In this document: in pieces, positions 17,396-31,318 of the stretch | How positions within the stretch are numbered: the stretch's first letter is position 1 | Layout of the letters: each line of letters starts with the position of its first letter | Source: the human T2T-CHM13v2.0 reference genome, Homo sapiens | Assembly: GCF_009914755.1 (NCBI RefSeq) | Contig: NC_060936.1 | DNA length: 64,000 nucleotides | Strand: one strand, 5' to 3' | The notes under the pieces: model-generated | What the model saw: only the letters and a program-made list of their open reading frames with translations | Told to the model about the DNA's origin: nothing | Databases searched by the model: none | Program-made: the position numbers and the translations under genes

Positions 17396-19135
17396 ATTTC
17401 TACTTCTAGCCATATGGTATAAAGTGTTTGGGATTTAACATCCCTCCCATAAAAATTAGGAAACAGAAGAATATCTGATACAATTCTTTTCAAACATTGA
17501 AGAGCAGTCAGAGACTATGATTACTTAGGAAAAAGGAAATAAATGAGGTGAACAATTGTTTCAACTCACTTCCTGAAGGTAGTTTCCAGGTTGCAGAGGA
17601 GGGAGAAAACCCAATCAAGAGTTTTGTAGTCTCTGTCAATTAGAAAGACAGAGATCAAAGTTCAGGGAGGTTGATGTGGTTTGAATGAGTGAAACAGATC
17701 AGAGAAAAGAAAGCTATACAAATATAGAGCTCTGGAGATCCAGACAGATGTCTCTTTTATTTTTGTGCTTAATAATGATCTGAGTGTATAAGGGGAGAAA
17801 CTTCACAAAACTCAAGGATGAACTACTGTAAGTCAGTAGACAACACCTAGGCTGGGATATGGTTGGAATAATTGATTCTCCTGCCACCCAATGTAGATAT
17901 AACTCATGTGCCAGAACATTGTCCACCACTCTTTAAAATAATAACTATATATAGTACCTACAAATGTAAATTTTACAATAAAAATTGTTAGGTAGGCAAA
18001 TAAGCAGAAATATATGACTGACAGGCAGGGGAAAAAATCTCCATAAATAGAAACTGACACTGATAATGGAGTAGTATACAAAGTCACTGAGACAACTATC
18101 ATTAGTATGTTCCATATGCTTAAGAAAGCATAAATATGAAAGGATAAAGATGAAAGATCTGTAATGTAAAAACTGTGTAATAGAATGAGATTGACAACAG
18201 AGCAGAGAAAGCAGAAAAAGATGTCAGTGAACTTGAAGATGTAGCAATAGAAACTATCCAAAATAAAGCACGCAGTGAAAAGGAGCCTAAAAATATAACC
18301 AGTGACCTGCAGGACAAAATCAAGCAAACACAAGAAAATTAATACACTTGCAATTGAGATCCCAGAAAGAAATGATGCAGAAGAAAAGAGAAAAAAATAA
18401 TTGAAACATAATACTAAAAAATTATAAATTTGAGAGTTATAAACAACAGATCCAAGAAGTCAATGAACCATAAATAAAATAAACATTAAAATACACAAAC
18501 TTGGCATGCACACATACACACACAAAAGTCATATTTTAATCAAATTGCTTAAAATAATAATAAAAAGATATTAGTAAGCAGCCAGAGATAGGGGAAAAAA
18601 AGGCACATTATGTAGAGAGGGAAAAACTTTTTACCAAAAAACAACATGATTGTACAAAATCTACAGAAGATCTACTAAAACTAACAAGTGAATTTAGCAG
18701 AGTTGCAGAATAAAATATTAATTTATTAAAATTGATTGTAGCTCTAAATTCAAGCAATCATAAATTGAAACAAAAACATACCATTTACAATAGCATAAAA
18801 CATCTGAAATACTCAGGGGTAAGTTTGGCAAAAATGTACCTGATCTATGTGTTAAAAACTACAAAATGTTACTAAGAGAAATTAATATCTAAATAAATGC
18901 AGAAATATACCATATTCATGGAATGGAGCACTCAAGATTGCTAAGATGTCAAATCTTACAAAATTGATTAATAATTCAGCATAATATCAAACAAAATCCC
19001 AGCAGGTATTTTATTTGTAGGAATTGACAAACTGTTTCTAAAATGTATATGGAAATAAAAAGTACCTGGAATGGCCAAAAGAATTTTGCAAAGAATAATA
19101 AAGTTGGAAGACTATTCCTTGATTTTAGACCTTGA
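17396..19135 (+). mobile_element. Old L1M (L1MC/MD-type) 5'UTR, ORF1 and ORF2 fragment
   Basis: ORF1 hallmark 'gtcagtgaacttgaagatgtagcaatagaaactatccaaaat' near 18220; ORF2 from about 18640. Confidence 0.75.
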
Positions 19136-19136
19136 A

Positions 19137-19955
19137 TAATATTTCTCCAAAGAAGAAATACAATTGACCAGCAAGAACATGACAAGATGCTCAATATCAT
19201 CAGTCTTTAGAAAAATATAAATTGAAACCACAGAAAGATATCACTTCATACCCACTTAATAGCTATAATGAAGACAGATAATAACAAGTGTTAAGGGAAA
19301 AAACTTGTGAGCCTCATACATTACTGATGGGAGTGTAAAATGGTGCAGCTTCTTTGTAAAACAATTTGGCTGTTCTTCAGAAAAACTAAACACAGAGTTA
19401 ATTGTGATACAGCAATTCTACTCCTAAGTATATACCCAAGAGAATTGAAAACATATATTCACACAAAACTTACACATAAATGTTCATAGCAACATGATTC
19501 ATCAGAGCCAAAAAGTGGAAACGAACCAAGTGTTCATGAATTGATGAATGAATAAACCCATAACATGATATATCTGTATGGTAGAATATTATTTACCATA
19601 GAAAGGAATGATATAGATACACCCTACAACATTAATGAAACTTGAAAACATTATGCTAAACCAAAGAAACCAACCACAAAATGCCAAATAATTAGTGATC
19701 CATTTATATTAAATGTCCAGAATTGGGAAATCCATAGACAGAAAGTACATTAGAGGTTGCCAGAGGCTTAGGGGAGAAAGAATGAGCATGAATGCTAATT
19801 GGTGTTGGGTTTCTTTTCGGGGTGATAAAAATGTTATGGAATTACATATTGACGATTGTGCACAACATTGTGAATATACTAAAATCCATGGAATTGTACA
19901 CTTTAAAAGGACAGATCTTATGGTATGTGAATTATAAATGAATTTTAAAATACAT
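19137..19955 (+). mobile_element. L1MB (L1MB7-like) 3' end
   Basis: 'gggtttcttttcggggtgataaaaatgtt...cacaacattgtgaatatactaaaa...tggtatgtgaattata'. Confidence 0.8.
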
Positions 19956-19959
19956 TAAA

Positions 19960-22388
19960 TCTAATTATAAGTGCTAAGACTATATAAATCCTGGAAGAAA
20001 ACATAGGAGAATATCTCAGCAAACTTGAATTTGGCAAAGAATTATGAAATTTAATTTTTAAAATACACTAACTATAAAAGAAACACATTACTAAGTTGGC
20101 TTTTATATATTTCTTGGTTATCCCAAGTGCATGAGGATGCTTCAATATCACATAATGTATCAACATAATACAGCATAACCACCACATAGTTATTTCAATA
20201 ATTATTAAACAGACATTGAATAAGTTGCATTACCTATTTATGATTTGAAAATATCAAACTAAGGATAGAAAATAACATCTTTACCTTGATAAAGTTCATG
20301 TACAAAAACCTTGAGTGAATAATGTTAATCGAAAATTTTAAGCATATTTCCTTTAGGACAGGAAATAGATAGGATGCTAACATTACCCCTAGTATTTAAT
20401 ACGATCCAAGAGGGCTGGCCAATAATATAAGACATAAAAATGTAGTAAGAAGTATAAGAATTTGAAAAGAAGAGGTTAAACCTTCCATTTTTATTATGTG
20501 ATTATCTACATAAGAAAAAGAAAATTTGGACACCAACTATTATTATATAAATATCTTTCTACACCAGCAAGGATCATCCAAATATGTGATAAACTGAAAA
20601 TAATATTCAAAATAGCAAAAAAGTACAATCTTAGGAATTTAATATCAGAAAGAATAAATTAGATCTCTATGTTTGGGATTTAAAACTCTATTAAGGAAGA
20701 CTGAACACAATGAGATACTCTATTCTTTTGTATGGAAAGCTTTAATATTATGAAAACTTCAATTTTCTCCAAATTGATTAATAAACTGAATATAATGTCA
20801 ATCAAAATCCCAGACGGCATTTTATAAAAATGTGATCAATGTATTTTTAACTCGTAAGAAATATTAAGGGCCACATAAGCTTATAAAAGCTGTATTATGC
20901 CATTCTTGCATTGCTATAAAGAAATACCTGAGGTTGGGCAATTTATAAGAAAAGTTTAATTGACTCATGGTTGTACAGGCTGTTCTGGAAGCATAGTGGC
21001 ATCTGCTTCCGGGGAGACCTCAGGAAGCTTCCAATCATGGCAGAAGGCAAAGGGGAGGTAGACACATCACATGGTGAAAGTAGGAGCAGGAGAGAGAGAA
21101 TTGGAGGTGGGGGAGGTGCCACACATTTTTAAACGACCAGATCTCACAAGAACTTACTATGGTGAAGATAGAACCCAAGCCATGACAGATCCACCCCCAT
21201 GACAAAAAAAACCTCCCACCAGGCCCCGCCTCCTGCACTGGGGATTACAGTTCAACATGAGATTTGGGCAGGGACAAATATCCTAACCATTTCAAATGTT
21301 AAAAATGGGATCAAAGAGGGGATACCTGTCTCTCCAGATTAGTTAGAGTATGCTATAGGCTATAATAATGAGAAATATACTTGTATTAAATATATAATGG
21401 AAGAAAATAGAGAGAAAGAACAATTTATATGTAGACAATATAACAGATACACATATATTTACAGGCACATACAATTGGCACCAAAACTCAGTAGAGAAAG
21501 AATATTTAGCAGGTGGTGTTGAGAAACTAGCTCACAATATACACATCCCTATCCCATACCACATTTAAAAATAATGAATTCCAGATAAAATTAAAAGTAA
21601 ATGAGAAACATACAAGGACAAAGAAAAAAGTTTAGAAATTGAGAGTTTCTTATACCACAATTAAAATCCTTTATGTATTGAAAAGCAGTATAGATAAAGC
21701 TTACAGGCAAGTCAAATATTGGGAGAGATATTTTTAGTTTATAAAATGGAAAAGTTAGTGATATCTAGGATATATAAGGAACTCTTAAAATTCAATAGGA
21801 AAAAAGAAAATCTAATGTCAAAATTGACAAGTTGATGAACGGTTGATTTATGAAAAGATAAATAGCTAACACACATGAGCTATTAAATACCATTAGTAAT
21901 CAGAAAAAGGTAAAGTAAATCAAAGTAACAATTTATAACCACCAACCACCATTAATTTCAAGCCTAATAAGTTTCATAATTCCGTATGTTGGTGAAGATG
22001 TGGGAAAACAGCCACACTCATCATTTCTTAGGAAGAATGTAGATGGTGCAGTTATCACAGAGGACAATCTAGCAGTCCTTAGTCAAACTAAGAATGTGTA
22101 AACTCTTGACCTAGCAATCCTCCCTCATAGGTCTATATAAAGGCTTGTTCAAATCTATTCACCAAAGATTTGTTTTCATTAGCAGAGAATTGGAGGCACA
22201 TTAGTAGTTCACCATTGGTAGAAGATACAGCTAAAATGGAGTGGATGCACACAATCAAATGTCATCAATCAGTTAGAAGCAATTAACAAGAACAGACCAA
22301 CACAGACAAACACATAGACATAAGCTGAACGAGAACAATAATAAATGGAACACAGTATAAAATACAGTTCTAGGCACATAAACTAAAA
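19960..22388 (+). mobile_element. Old L1M/L1ME ORF2 and 3' remnants (host of MSTA and Tigger3b)
   Basis: Degraded ORF2 motifs such as 'ctggaagaaaacataggagaatatct' and 'atcaaaatcccagacggcattttt'. Confidence 0.65.
20891..21294 (-). mobile_element. MSTA (MaLR) solo LTR
   Basis: tgtatt...ttca termini; 'cctcaggaagcttccaatcatggcagaaggcaaagggg', 'caacatgagatttgggcagggaca'. Confidence 0.9.
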
Positions 22389-23337
22389 TACAGTGATGCA
22401 CCACATAACAACTTCTCAGTCAACTATGGACCATATATATCATGGTGTTCCCTTGAGATTACAGTGGAATTGAAAAAATCCTATTGCCTAGTGATGTCAC
22501 AGCCATCATAGCATTGTAGCACCACACATTACTCACATGTTTGCAGTGATGCTGGTGTAAACAAACCTACTGCACTGCCAGTCATATAAAAGAATAGCAC
22601 ATGTAATTATGTACAGTACATAATACTTGATAATGGTAATAAAATACTTCATTACTAGTTTGTATATTTACTATACTATACTTTTGATCACTATTTTGGA
22701 GTGTACTCCTTCTACTTACAAAGAAAAAGTTAACTGTAAAACAGCCTCAAGCAGGTTCTTCGGGAGGTGGGTTCCAGAAGCAGGCGTTGTTATCATAGGA
22801 GATGACAGCTCCATGCATGTTATTGCTCCTGAAGATCATCCAGTGAGACCAGATGTGGAGGTGGAAGACAGTGATATTGATGATCCTGACCCTGTGTAGG
22901 CCTCTTAGGCTAATGTGTGTGATTGTGTCTTTGTTTTTAACAAAAAAGTTTAAAAAGTAATAACAAAAATTAAAAATAGAAGAAAGTTTATAGAATATGA
23001 ATATAAAGAAACTGTGTACTGTTGTACAATGTGTTTATGTTTTAAGCTAAGTGTTACTACAAAAGAGTCAAAAAGTTTAAAAAAACTGAAAAGGTTATAA
23101 AGTAAAAAAGTTACAGTAAGTGAAGGTTTATTTATTGCTAAGAAAATAAAAATATTTTTTATAAATTTAGTGTAGCCTAAATGTACAGTGTTTATAAAGT
23201 CTACAGTAGGTGTGTCCTAGGCCTTCATATTCATTCACTCACCACTCACTCACTGAGTCACCCAGAGCAGCTTCCAGGCCTGCAAGCTCCATTCATGGCA
23301 AGTGCCCTATATAGGTGTACCATTGTTTATCTTCTAT

Positions 23338-24176
23338 ACCTTTTTGGCCCCAGGGAACCATTTTGTGGAAGACCATTGAAATGGTTTGGCTGTGTCCCCA
23401 CCCAAATATCATCTTGAATTGTAGCCTCCATAATTTCCATGTGTTGTGGGAGGGATCCAGTGGGAGAAAACTGAATCATGGGAATGGTTTCCCCCATACT
23501 GTTCTCACAGTAGTGAATAAATCTCATGAGATCTGATGGTTTTATATGAAGTTTCCCCTTTTGCTTGGTTTTCATTCTCACTTAAGAATCAGACATGCCT
23601 TGTAAGACATGCCTTTCCCCTTCCATCACGATTGTGAGGTCTCCCCAGCCACATGGAACTGTGAGTCCATTAAACCTCTTTTTATTTTTTAAAATAAATT
23701 ACCCAGTCTTAGGTATGACTTTATCAGCAGCATGAAAACAGATGAATACAAACATTTTTCCATGGATTGAGTGGGAGGCCCATGGGGAGCATGGTTTCAG
23801 GATGATTCAAGCTCATTACATTTATTGTGGGCTTTATTTCTATTATTATTATTACATACTCACCATAATGTAGAATCAGTGTGACCCCTGAGCTTATTTT
23901 CCTGCAACTAGACGGTCCCATCTGGGGGTGATGTGAGACAGTGACAGATCATCAGGCCTTAGATTCTCATAAGGAGCATGCAACCTAGATCCCTTGCATG
24001 AGCAGTTCACAATAGAGTTCCTGCTCCTATGAAAAATTTAATGCCACTGCTAATGTGACAGGTGGCAGAGCTCAGCTTCCCTCCTTGCCTGCCACTCACC
24101 TCTTGTTGTGTGGCCAGGTCCCTCCTAACAACTCACAGACTGGTACTGGTCCATAGTCCAGGGGTTGCGGACCCAT
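23338..24176. mobile_element. MER1A (hAT-Charlie), interrupted by THE1
   Basis: 'acctttttggccccagggaacc...', 'cctgcaactagacggtcccatctgggggtgatg', 'ggggttgcggaccc'. Confidence 0.88.
23377..23750 (+). mobile_element. THE1 (THE1B-like) solo LTR
   Basis: 'tgaaatggtttggctgtgtccccacccaaat...cagcagcatgaaaacagatgaataca'; approximate TSD accat/aacat. Confidence 0.92.
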
Positions 24177-24885
24177 TTGATAGCGCATTTTTGCTGTACC
24201 TTTTCTATTTTTAGATGTGTTTAGATATACAAATAGTTACAATTACTTACAGTATTCAGTACTGTAATATGCTGTACAGGTATATAGCCTAGAAGCAATA
24301 GGCTATACCATTTAGCCTAGGTGTGTGGTAAGCTATACTTTCTTAGTTTGTGTAAGTACAAGCTATGATGTTCACACAATGACAAAATCACCTAATGACA
24401 CATTTCTTAGGATGTATTCCAGTTGTTACTACAATGTGTGACTGTGTATATAGTCAAAGATAAATAGGAAATTCATTACAGAAATTGCCTAGGAGGAGAT
24501 GAGAAAATGGAACTGGAACTAACATAAATGAAATTAAATGAAGCAAAAGAAGAAACTTTTGCAGAACAATGATGATAAGAAACCAAAAATATGATTAATA
24601 TGATTAATTTAATACTCTAGTTCTGTATAGAGTACAACACAGGAAGCAGCCGACACCCAGACAAAAAGCAGTGAGCTCAATGGATTAGGGTATATTGAAA
24701 ATATTTAAAGGGCAGGATAAAGCTAAGGCTCAGATGAGAGAGAGAACCGCACAGGACTGAGAGTGCCAGGGTTATGATAATTAACACATTTGGGCTACCA
24801 GAGGAGACAGAGACAGGTGAATTAGGGGAATAGCTCCTGATAGTGTTTTAAGTGAGTGAGACTTCATTCTAGCTTTTCTCCAATA

Positions 24886-25071
24886 TAGTATTTCTCAAAT
24901 TTTTCTTGCATCAGAATCACCTAGAAGGTTTGTTAATGCCTATATTGCTAGTTCTAACTTCCAGAATGTCTGAATCAGCCAGTCTTGTGTGAGGTCTGAG
25001 GATTTTCATTTCTGACAAATTCCCAGGTGATGTTACTACTGCTCTTCCCGTCCGCACTTTGAGAAACGCTG
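24886..25071. mobile_element. MER5A
   Basis: 'tttctcaaat...tgcatcagaatcacctagaagg...ttctgacaaattcccaggtgatg...cactttgagaaac'. Confidence 0.85.
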
Positions 25072-25230
25072 CTTCAACTGTTCAAAGCCAGGGAGCTTCA
25101 GACTCTCTGGTGCTCCCTGACAGCACATAGTATGGTGGAGGTTGAAAATAGTCATTTATAGAACTTTGGTTCTTTAAAAAGTGGTTAACATATAAAAATA
25201 GTCAATAAAACCTTTCTGAATGAATGAATG

Positions 25231-25330
25231 GCCCATTTTACAGATGAGAAAATGGAGTTTTCTGGAAAGTTAGGAGGCTTGCCCAAATTATGCAAATAGC
25301 TTCCAGTTTCCAAATCCAGTTACCTTCCCA
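25231..25330 (-). mobile_element. MIR fragment
   Basis: 'cccattttacagatgagaaaatggag' core. Confidence 0.65.
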
Positions 25331-26934
25331 GCGTATTATCCATGTGGAATCAAAGGTTAAAAATAATCCTTCTCAGCTTTGGCAAGAAAGACTTCAATAA
25401 ATAATAAGAATTAAGGCCGAGTCTTGAAGAAAGAAAATAGAATAATGTGAACTAAGTAAAGTTTGGAGGTGAAACAGAATTTAAATGATAATCAAGTTGT
25501 CTACTAAGTTTTATTTTGACAGAGTCATTCTCAAAATGTGAACCATGAATATTTTATGAAACCCTGGGGTTTATGGGCTAAAAGAATATAAAACTAGAAA
25601 ACAGCTTGACCTTATTGTGTAGCTTCTTAAATGCTGGACCAACGAGTTTGTGCCTCATTCTGTAGACAGTAGAGAGCCACTAAAATTTTTGTGCAATAAA
25701 ATTACATGATTGGAGCTGGTCTTTAGGGTGATGGTTTAGGCAGTAACCTAACTGAAATTATTCCCTAATTGGGAGGAAATCAGGTTCTGGGCTTGCTATC
25801 TAGACATCCAACACAGAGATGGCAATGCTTCGCTCACTGGTTTAGGTATAGTAAATTGCCAACTCAGGGACACAAATCATATGTACTTTTACATTTAAAA
25901 AATTTTAAAAGCTTGTAATAGCCACTGCTACATTGTGGTAATAAATGTCATTTTATAAGCAAGTGATTTTATTATTCTATTTTCTGGTTGTCCATATGGA
26001 AGAAAATCTAGAGATTAGTGTCCAGAAGAGAGGGCATCTCTCATCTCATTGAGGAAAGAGTTATCATAAATTATAATGATTATCTGAAAAGGAATCATAA
26101 AATGTAAGGAGTCCAAAAGGTAAAAACAGAATTACCTAGTAAATGTCTTTAGTTTATGGTGTTATATAATACATATATGATGATAAGGGAGCCAGAGATA
26201 ACCTATGAGGTCATAACAGTTGATAGTAAGAAGATGGAAATCACTGTATAGGAAAGTACTTTAGTCTTCTATGTCTTGCAAGGGACTTAGAGATGTCTAA
26301 ACTTGAGATAGATTTTATATGGGAATAGGCTTTTCTAATATGTTTCCAGAAGCTCAAATCTACCATCTGGTTGAAGCAGCTGTGAGGAAAACCTTTGTTG
26401 TGTTGTTTTGCAATTTGTTTCTGCTAGTGTCAGACAGAACCTCAATGCAAGAGGAAAGAGATGCATTACAAACAAAATAATATTATTTAAAATAATTGGA
26501 ATTAGGGTATCAGAAGTGCCTCCAAAATACCTGGCATGCTGGTAAATTTCACTGGCACACATAAGGAGGATATTTCTAGAAATAGTGGACTACAGAAATG
26601 CCCCTTTTTAGAATTTTAATTAGATAACCACAATTAAAATGATGCTTCTAGTTTTAATTTTGGATCATGAACACAAGGTACATTTTCAACATCATAAAAA
26701 CAGTTTAATAGTATATTAACATTAAAAAGTTCTATTGAAATACATCTTTAATAAGAAATCTGATTTAGAAATAATTTTAATGTTTTTAGTATGATAGTAA
26801 TATATGTTTATGAGAGAGAACTAAAATGTAAAAATATTTTTGAAAACTATCCATAATCTCACCATCCAGAAATGACTTAATATTTGCCTATATTGCCTTC
26901 TAGTATTATGCATTGTATCAAATTGAACACATAA

Positions 26935-27050
26935 TTGTTCCGCGAGGCCAGGAATTTTTGTCTTGTTGGGTTTTGCTTATTGTTGTATCTTCAGTGTCTA
27001 AATCACTATCTACTTCATTGTAGGTACTCAACAAATATTTGCTGAATTAG
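26935..27050 (+). mobile_element. L2 3' end
   Basis: 'tgtatcttcagtgtcta...gtaggtactcaacaaatatttgctgaat'. Confidence 0.7.
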
Positions 27051-27099
27051 CTAATAGTAACATAACTACACAATAAAAATAAAGCATCTATGATATATG

Positions 27100-28080
27100 C
27101 AATTTAACATTACATAAGGATGACCTATATTATTTTTTCATATAATATTCTGTCATCTACGAATAAATATTTTTAATGAGTGCATTAAATTCATCTTACG
27201 AGTATATGATGATTTATTTAATCAATACATTACTCCTAGTCTAACTTCCTTGTATACATACTTCAGGAAAATTCCTCATTGTTTAATTGGGATATATTCT
27301 TAGAAGTGGAATGTTAGTCAGTGGGTATGAATAGTTTTATATATCTTGATATATATTTTACAGCAGTCCTAATGGTTATATCAATTTATATCAGTAGTCT
27401 AATATAATTTGTACTCTCTAATCCTGAGGGCTTTTAATTTTAAAAAATTATTAATTGAATAGACAAAATGTCTGTCTTATAAGTTAAAAATATTTACCTT
27501 GCTTGTAAATTTGAACATTTTTATTATTTGTGTTAGCTACTTGTGAGTAATTTCTTCATATTTGTTACTCATTTATGGGCAGTTGTTTTCCTTTTCTTTA
27601 TTAATTTTGAGAACCCTTTCAATATTACCAATATTCACTCTTGGTTCTCATACATGATAGACATTGCGTTCCAGCTTTTAATTTGACTTTTAAAATTTAT
27701 GATTTTAAAATAAACTATGTTTATATTTGATGTAACAATACATACAATATTTTCATTCCCTAGCAACATTTCCTTTGATTCTGTTTATTTCCTTGTTTTT
27801 ATGCTTAATAAGATCTTTCCTTTGCTATAATTAGATCCATTTTCATCTAATATGTTTTTGACTTTATTCTTTAACAATAATTAATCTGGGATTTATTTTT
27901 GTTTGTGGTAAGTGATGAATCCAAAATATGTTTTTTTTCCAAACACCTAATTATTTTAGAGAAATTTGTCACATAATTCATTTATTATCTGCTGACTTAA
28001 AATGTTATTTTATTTCATATATATTATGACATATATTTATGGAATTTTTGATGGATTTCTATTCATTTCCACTGATCTGC
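27100..28080 (-). mobile_element. Old L1ME (reverse), continuing at 30680-31318 and after 32511
   Basis: T-rich degraded L1 antisense sequence, e.g. 'ggatatattcttagaagtggaat'. Confidence 0.55.
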
Positions 28081-28092
28081 ATATTGTTTTAT

Positions 28093-29560
28093 TCCTTTTT
28101 TCAACTTTTATTATAGATACCAGGGTACATGTACAGGATTGTTACATGGGTATATTGCACCCAGGTAGTGAGCATAGTACCCAACAGGTAGTTTTTCAAC
28201 CCATGCCACCCTTCCTCCCCACTTTAGTAGTTTGCAGTGCCTGTTTTTCCCATGTTTTTGTCCATGTGTGCTCAGAATTTAACTCCCACTTATAAGTGAG
28301 AAGATGTGGTATTGATTTTTCTGTTCCTATGTTAATTCACTTAGGATAATGGCCTCCAGCTGCATCCATGTTTCTGCTGCAAATGACATGACTTCATTCT
28401 TTTTTATGGCTGTATAGTATTCCATGGTGTGTATGTACCACATTTTCTTCATCCAATCCACCACTGTTAAGCACCTAGATTGATTCCATGTCTTTGCTAT
28501 TGTGAATAGCATGGCAATGAATGCACAACTGCAGGTGTCTTTTTGGTATAATGATCAATTTTCCTTTGGGTATATACACAGTACTGAGATTGCTGGGTTG
28601 AATGGTAGCTCTGTTTTAAGTTCTATGAGAAATCCCCAACTGCTTTCCACAGTGGCTGAATTAATGTACATCCCCACCAACAGTATATAAGTGTTCCCTT
28701 TTCTCTGTATCCTCACTGGCTTCTGTTTTCTTTTTGTTTGTTTGTTTGTTTTGACTTTTTAGTAATAGTCATTTGACTGGTATGAGATGTTATCTCATTA
28801 TGGTTTTGGTTTACATTTCTCTGATGATTAGTGACAAGCGTTTTTTATGTTTACTTGCCGCTTATATGTCTTCTTTTGAGAAATGTCTCTTTATGTTCTT
28901 TGCCCATTTTTTGATGGGGTTACTTGCTTTTCCATGTTGTTTTGTTTAAGTTCTTTATAGATTGTTGTTATTAGACCTTTGTTGGATGCATAGGTTGTGA
29001 ATATTTTCTCCCATTCTGTATCTTATCTGTTTACTCTGTTGATGGCTTCTTTTGATGGCAGAAGCTCTTTAATTTAAACTAAAGTAGGTCCTATTTGTCA
29101 ATTTCTGTTTTTGTTGCAATTGTTATTACAGGCTTAGTCAAAAATTCATTGCCAAGGCCAATGTCAAAGAGTGATTTTCTTGGTTTTCTTCTAGTATTTT
29201 TATAGTTTGAGGTCTTATGTTTAAATTTTCAATCCATCTTGAGTTAATTTTTGTGTATCATGAAAAGCAAGGGTCTTGCTTCATTCTGCATATGGCTAGT
29301 CAGTTATCCCAGCACCACTTATTGAATAGAGAGTCCTTTTGTCATTGTTTGTTTCTTTTGGCCTTGTTGAAGATCAGATGGTTGTAGATGTGAGACTTTA
29401 TTTCTGAGTTTTCTATTCTGGTCCATTGGTCTATGTGTCTGTTTTTGTATCAGTACCATGCTGTTTTGATTGCTTTTGCCTTACAACATAGTTTGAAGCC
29501 AGATAGTGTGATGCCTCTAGCTTTGTTCTTTTTGCTTAGGATTGCTTTGGCTATGTAGGC
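28093..29560 (-). mobile_element. L1PA16-like 3' segment (non-inverted part of twin-primed insertion)
   Basis: 3'UTR 'tatattgcacccaggtagtgagcatagtacccaacaggtagtttttcaaccc' and reverse ORF2 C-terminus (MWYIHTMEYY). Confidence 0.9.
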
Positions 29561-30669
29561 TGGACCAGATTGACTCACAGCCAAATTCTATCAGACATAC
29601 AAAGAAGAACTGGTATCAATCCTGCTGAAGCTATTTCAAAAAATCGAGGAAGAGCTACTTCTCCTCCTATAAACCAGCATCAGCCTACTACCAAAATCTG
29701 GTGGAGACACAACAAATAAGAAACCTTCAGGTCAACGTCCATGATGAACATAGAGGCAAAAATTCTCAACAAAATACTAGCAAACCAAATCCAGCAGCAT
29801 ATCAAAAACTTAATTCACCCCACAATCAAGTAGATTTTATTCCTGGGATGCAAGTTTTGTTCAACACGTGCAAATTAATAAGTGTGATTCACCACAAAAA
29901 CAGACATAAAAGCAAAAACCATATGATCACCTCAAGAGATGCAGAAACAGCTTTTGATAAATTCCAACATCCCTTCATGATACAAATTATCAACAGAGTA
30001 GGAATCAAAGGAACATACCTCAAAATAATAAGAGCCATCTGTGACAAACCCATAGCCAACATCACATTAAACAGGCAAAGGCCAAAAGCATTCCCTTTGA
30101 GAACTGGGAACAAGGCAAGGATGCTCACTCTTACCACTCCTATTCAACATAGTATGAGTCATCCTAGCCAGAGCAATCAAATAGTAGGCACTGAAATAGG
30201 AAAAGAAGAAGTCAAACTATCTCTCTTCACTGATGATTATTCTGTACTTAGGAAACCCTAAAGATTCTACCAAAAGGCTACTAGAGCTGACAAACAATTT
30301 TAGCAAGATTTCAGAATACAAAATCTGTGTACAAAAATCAGCAGCATTTCTAGACACCAATAACAACCAGGCTGAGAGTCAAATCAAGAACACAATCCCA
30401 TTTACAATAGCCACAAATAAAATGAAATGCCTAGGAATATAGCTAACCAAATAGGTGGAAGGTCTCTACAAGGAGAACTACAAAACGCTCCTGAAATAAA
30501 TCAGAGATGACTCAAATAAACGGGAAAACATTCCATGCTCATGGATAGGAAGAATCAATATTGTTAAAATAACCACATTGTCCAAAGCAATTTACAGATT
30601 TGACGCTATTCCTATCAAGCTACCAACACCATTCTTCACAGAATTAGAAAAAAGCTAGTCTAACATTCA
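29561..30669 (+). mobile_element. Inverted 5' segment (ORF2 RT region) of the same L1
   Basis: Plus-strand ORF2 ([16 protein letters not shown]) ending about 16 nt before the point where the minus segment begins. Confidence 0.9.
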
Positions 30670-30841
30670 GGTGTTTTATCTTCATTCTATTTTCATTATA
30701 ATTGCTTGTAGTATATAGTATATTTTAGTATTTGGTAGAGTAAATCTTGTTCCATTAGTCATCTTTTCTGAAAAATGTTTTTATATTCATCTGCTTAATG
30801 AGGAATGATGGAGCATTTTAAGTTTTGAAAATTAAGGATTT

Positions 30842-31131
30842 GGCCAGGCATGGTGGCTCATGCCAGCACTTTGGGATACCGAGATGGGAGAATTTCTTGA
30901 GCCCAGGAGTTCAAGGCGTTTGGACAACATAGGCAGACTCTGTGTCTACAAAAAATAAAACATAGTTAGCCAGGTGTGGTGGTGCATGCCTGTGGTCCCA
31001 ACTACTCAGGAGGCTGAGGTGGGAGGATCACTTGGGCATGGGAGGTTGAGACTGATTGAGTTGTGATTGTGCCACTGCACTCCAGCCTGGGTGACAGAGT
31101 AAGACATCGTCTCATAAATAAATAAATAAAT
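30842..31131 (+). mobile_element. AluJ
   Basis: Dimeric Alu with (TAAA)n tail; TSD attaag(g/a)attt at 30831-30841 and 31132-31142. Confidence 0.93.
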
Positions 31132-31318
31132 ATTAAGAATTTAAGTTGTTATTTTTATAAAATACATAATGTTGAGAGATTTTATATTTTATACATTAGT
31201 GAGTCTTTTTTTTTTTATCGGGAATGTGGTAGAACTGTCTAATAAAGTCTTGTTTCATGGCCTTTAGTAATTTTATATTATCTTCATATAACTAAAAGTT
31301 TCTTGCTGAGTTTAGTAA

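Larger units (their letters stand above)
22391..24444. mobile_element. Tigger3b (TcMar-Tigger) non-autonomous DNA transposon, interrupted
   Basis: TA then cagtgatgca...tgtgtgactg TIR-like ends; 'gatgctggtgtaaacaaacctactgcactgccagtc' and 'gtggaagacagtgatattgatgatcctgaccctgtgtagg'. Confidence 0.9.

Noticed and set aside
17833-18333. 166-aa hydrophobic minus-strand ORF
   Set aside because: Antisense of A-rich L1 ORF1; composition artefact
26475-26488. 14-bp perfect palindrome aaataatattattt
   Set aside because: AT-only in an AT-rich context
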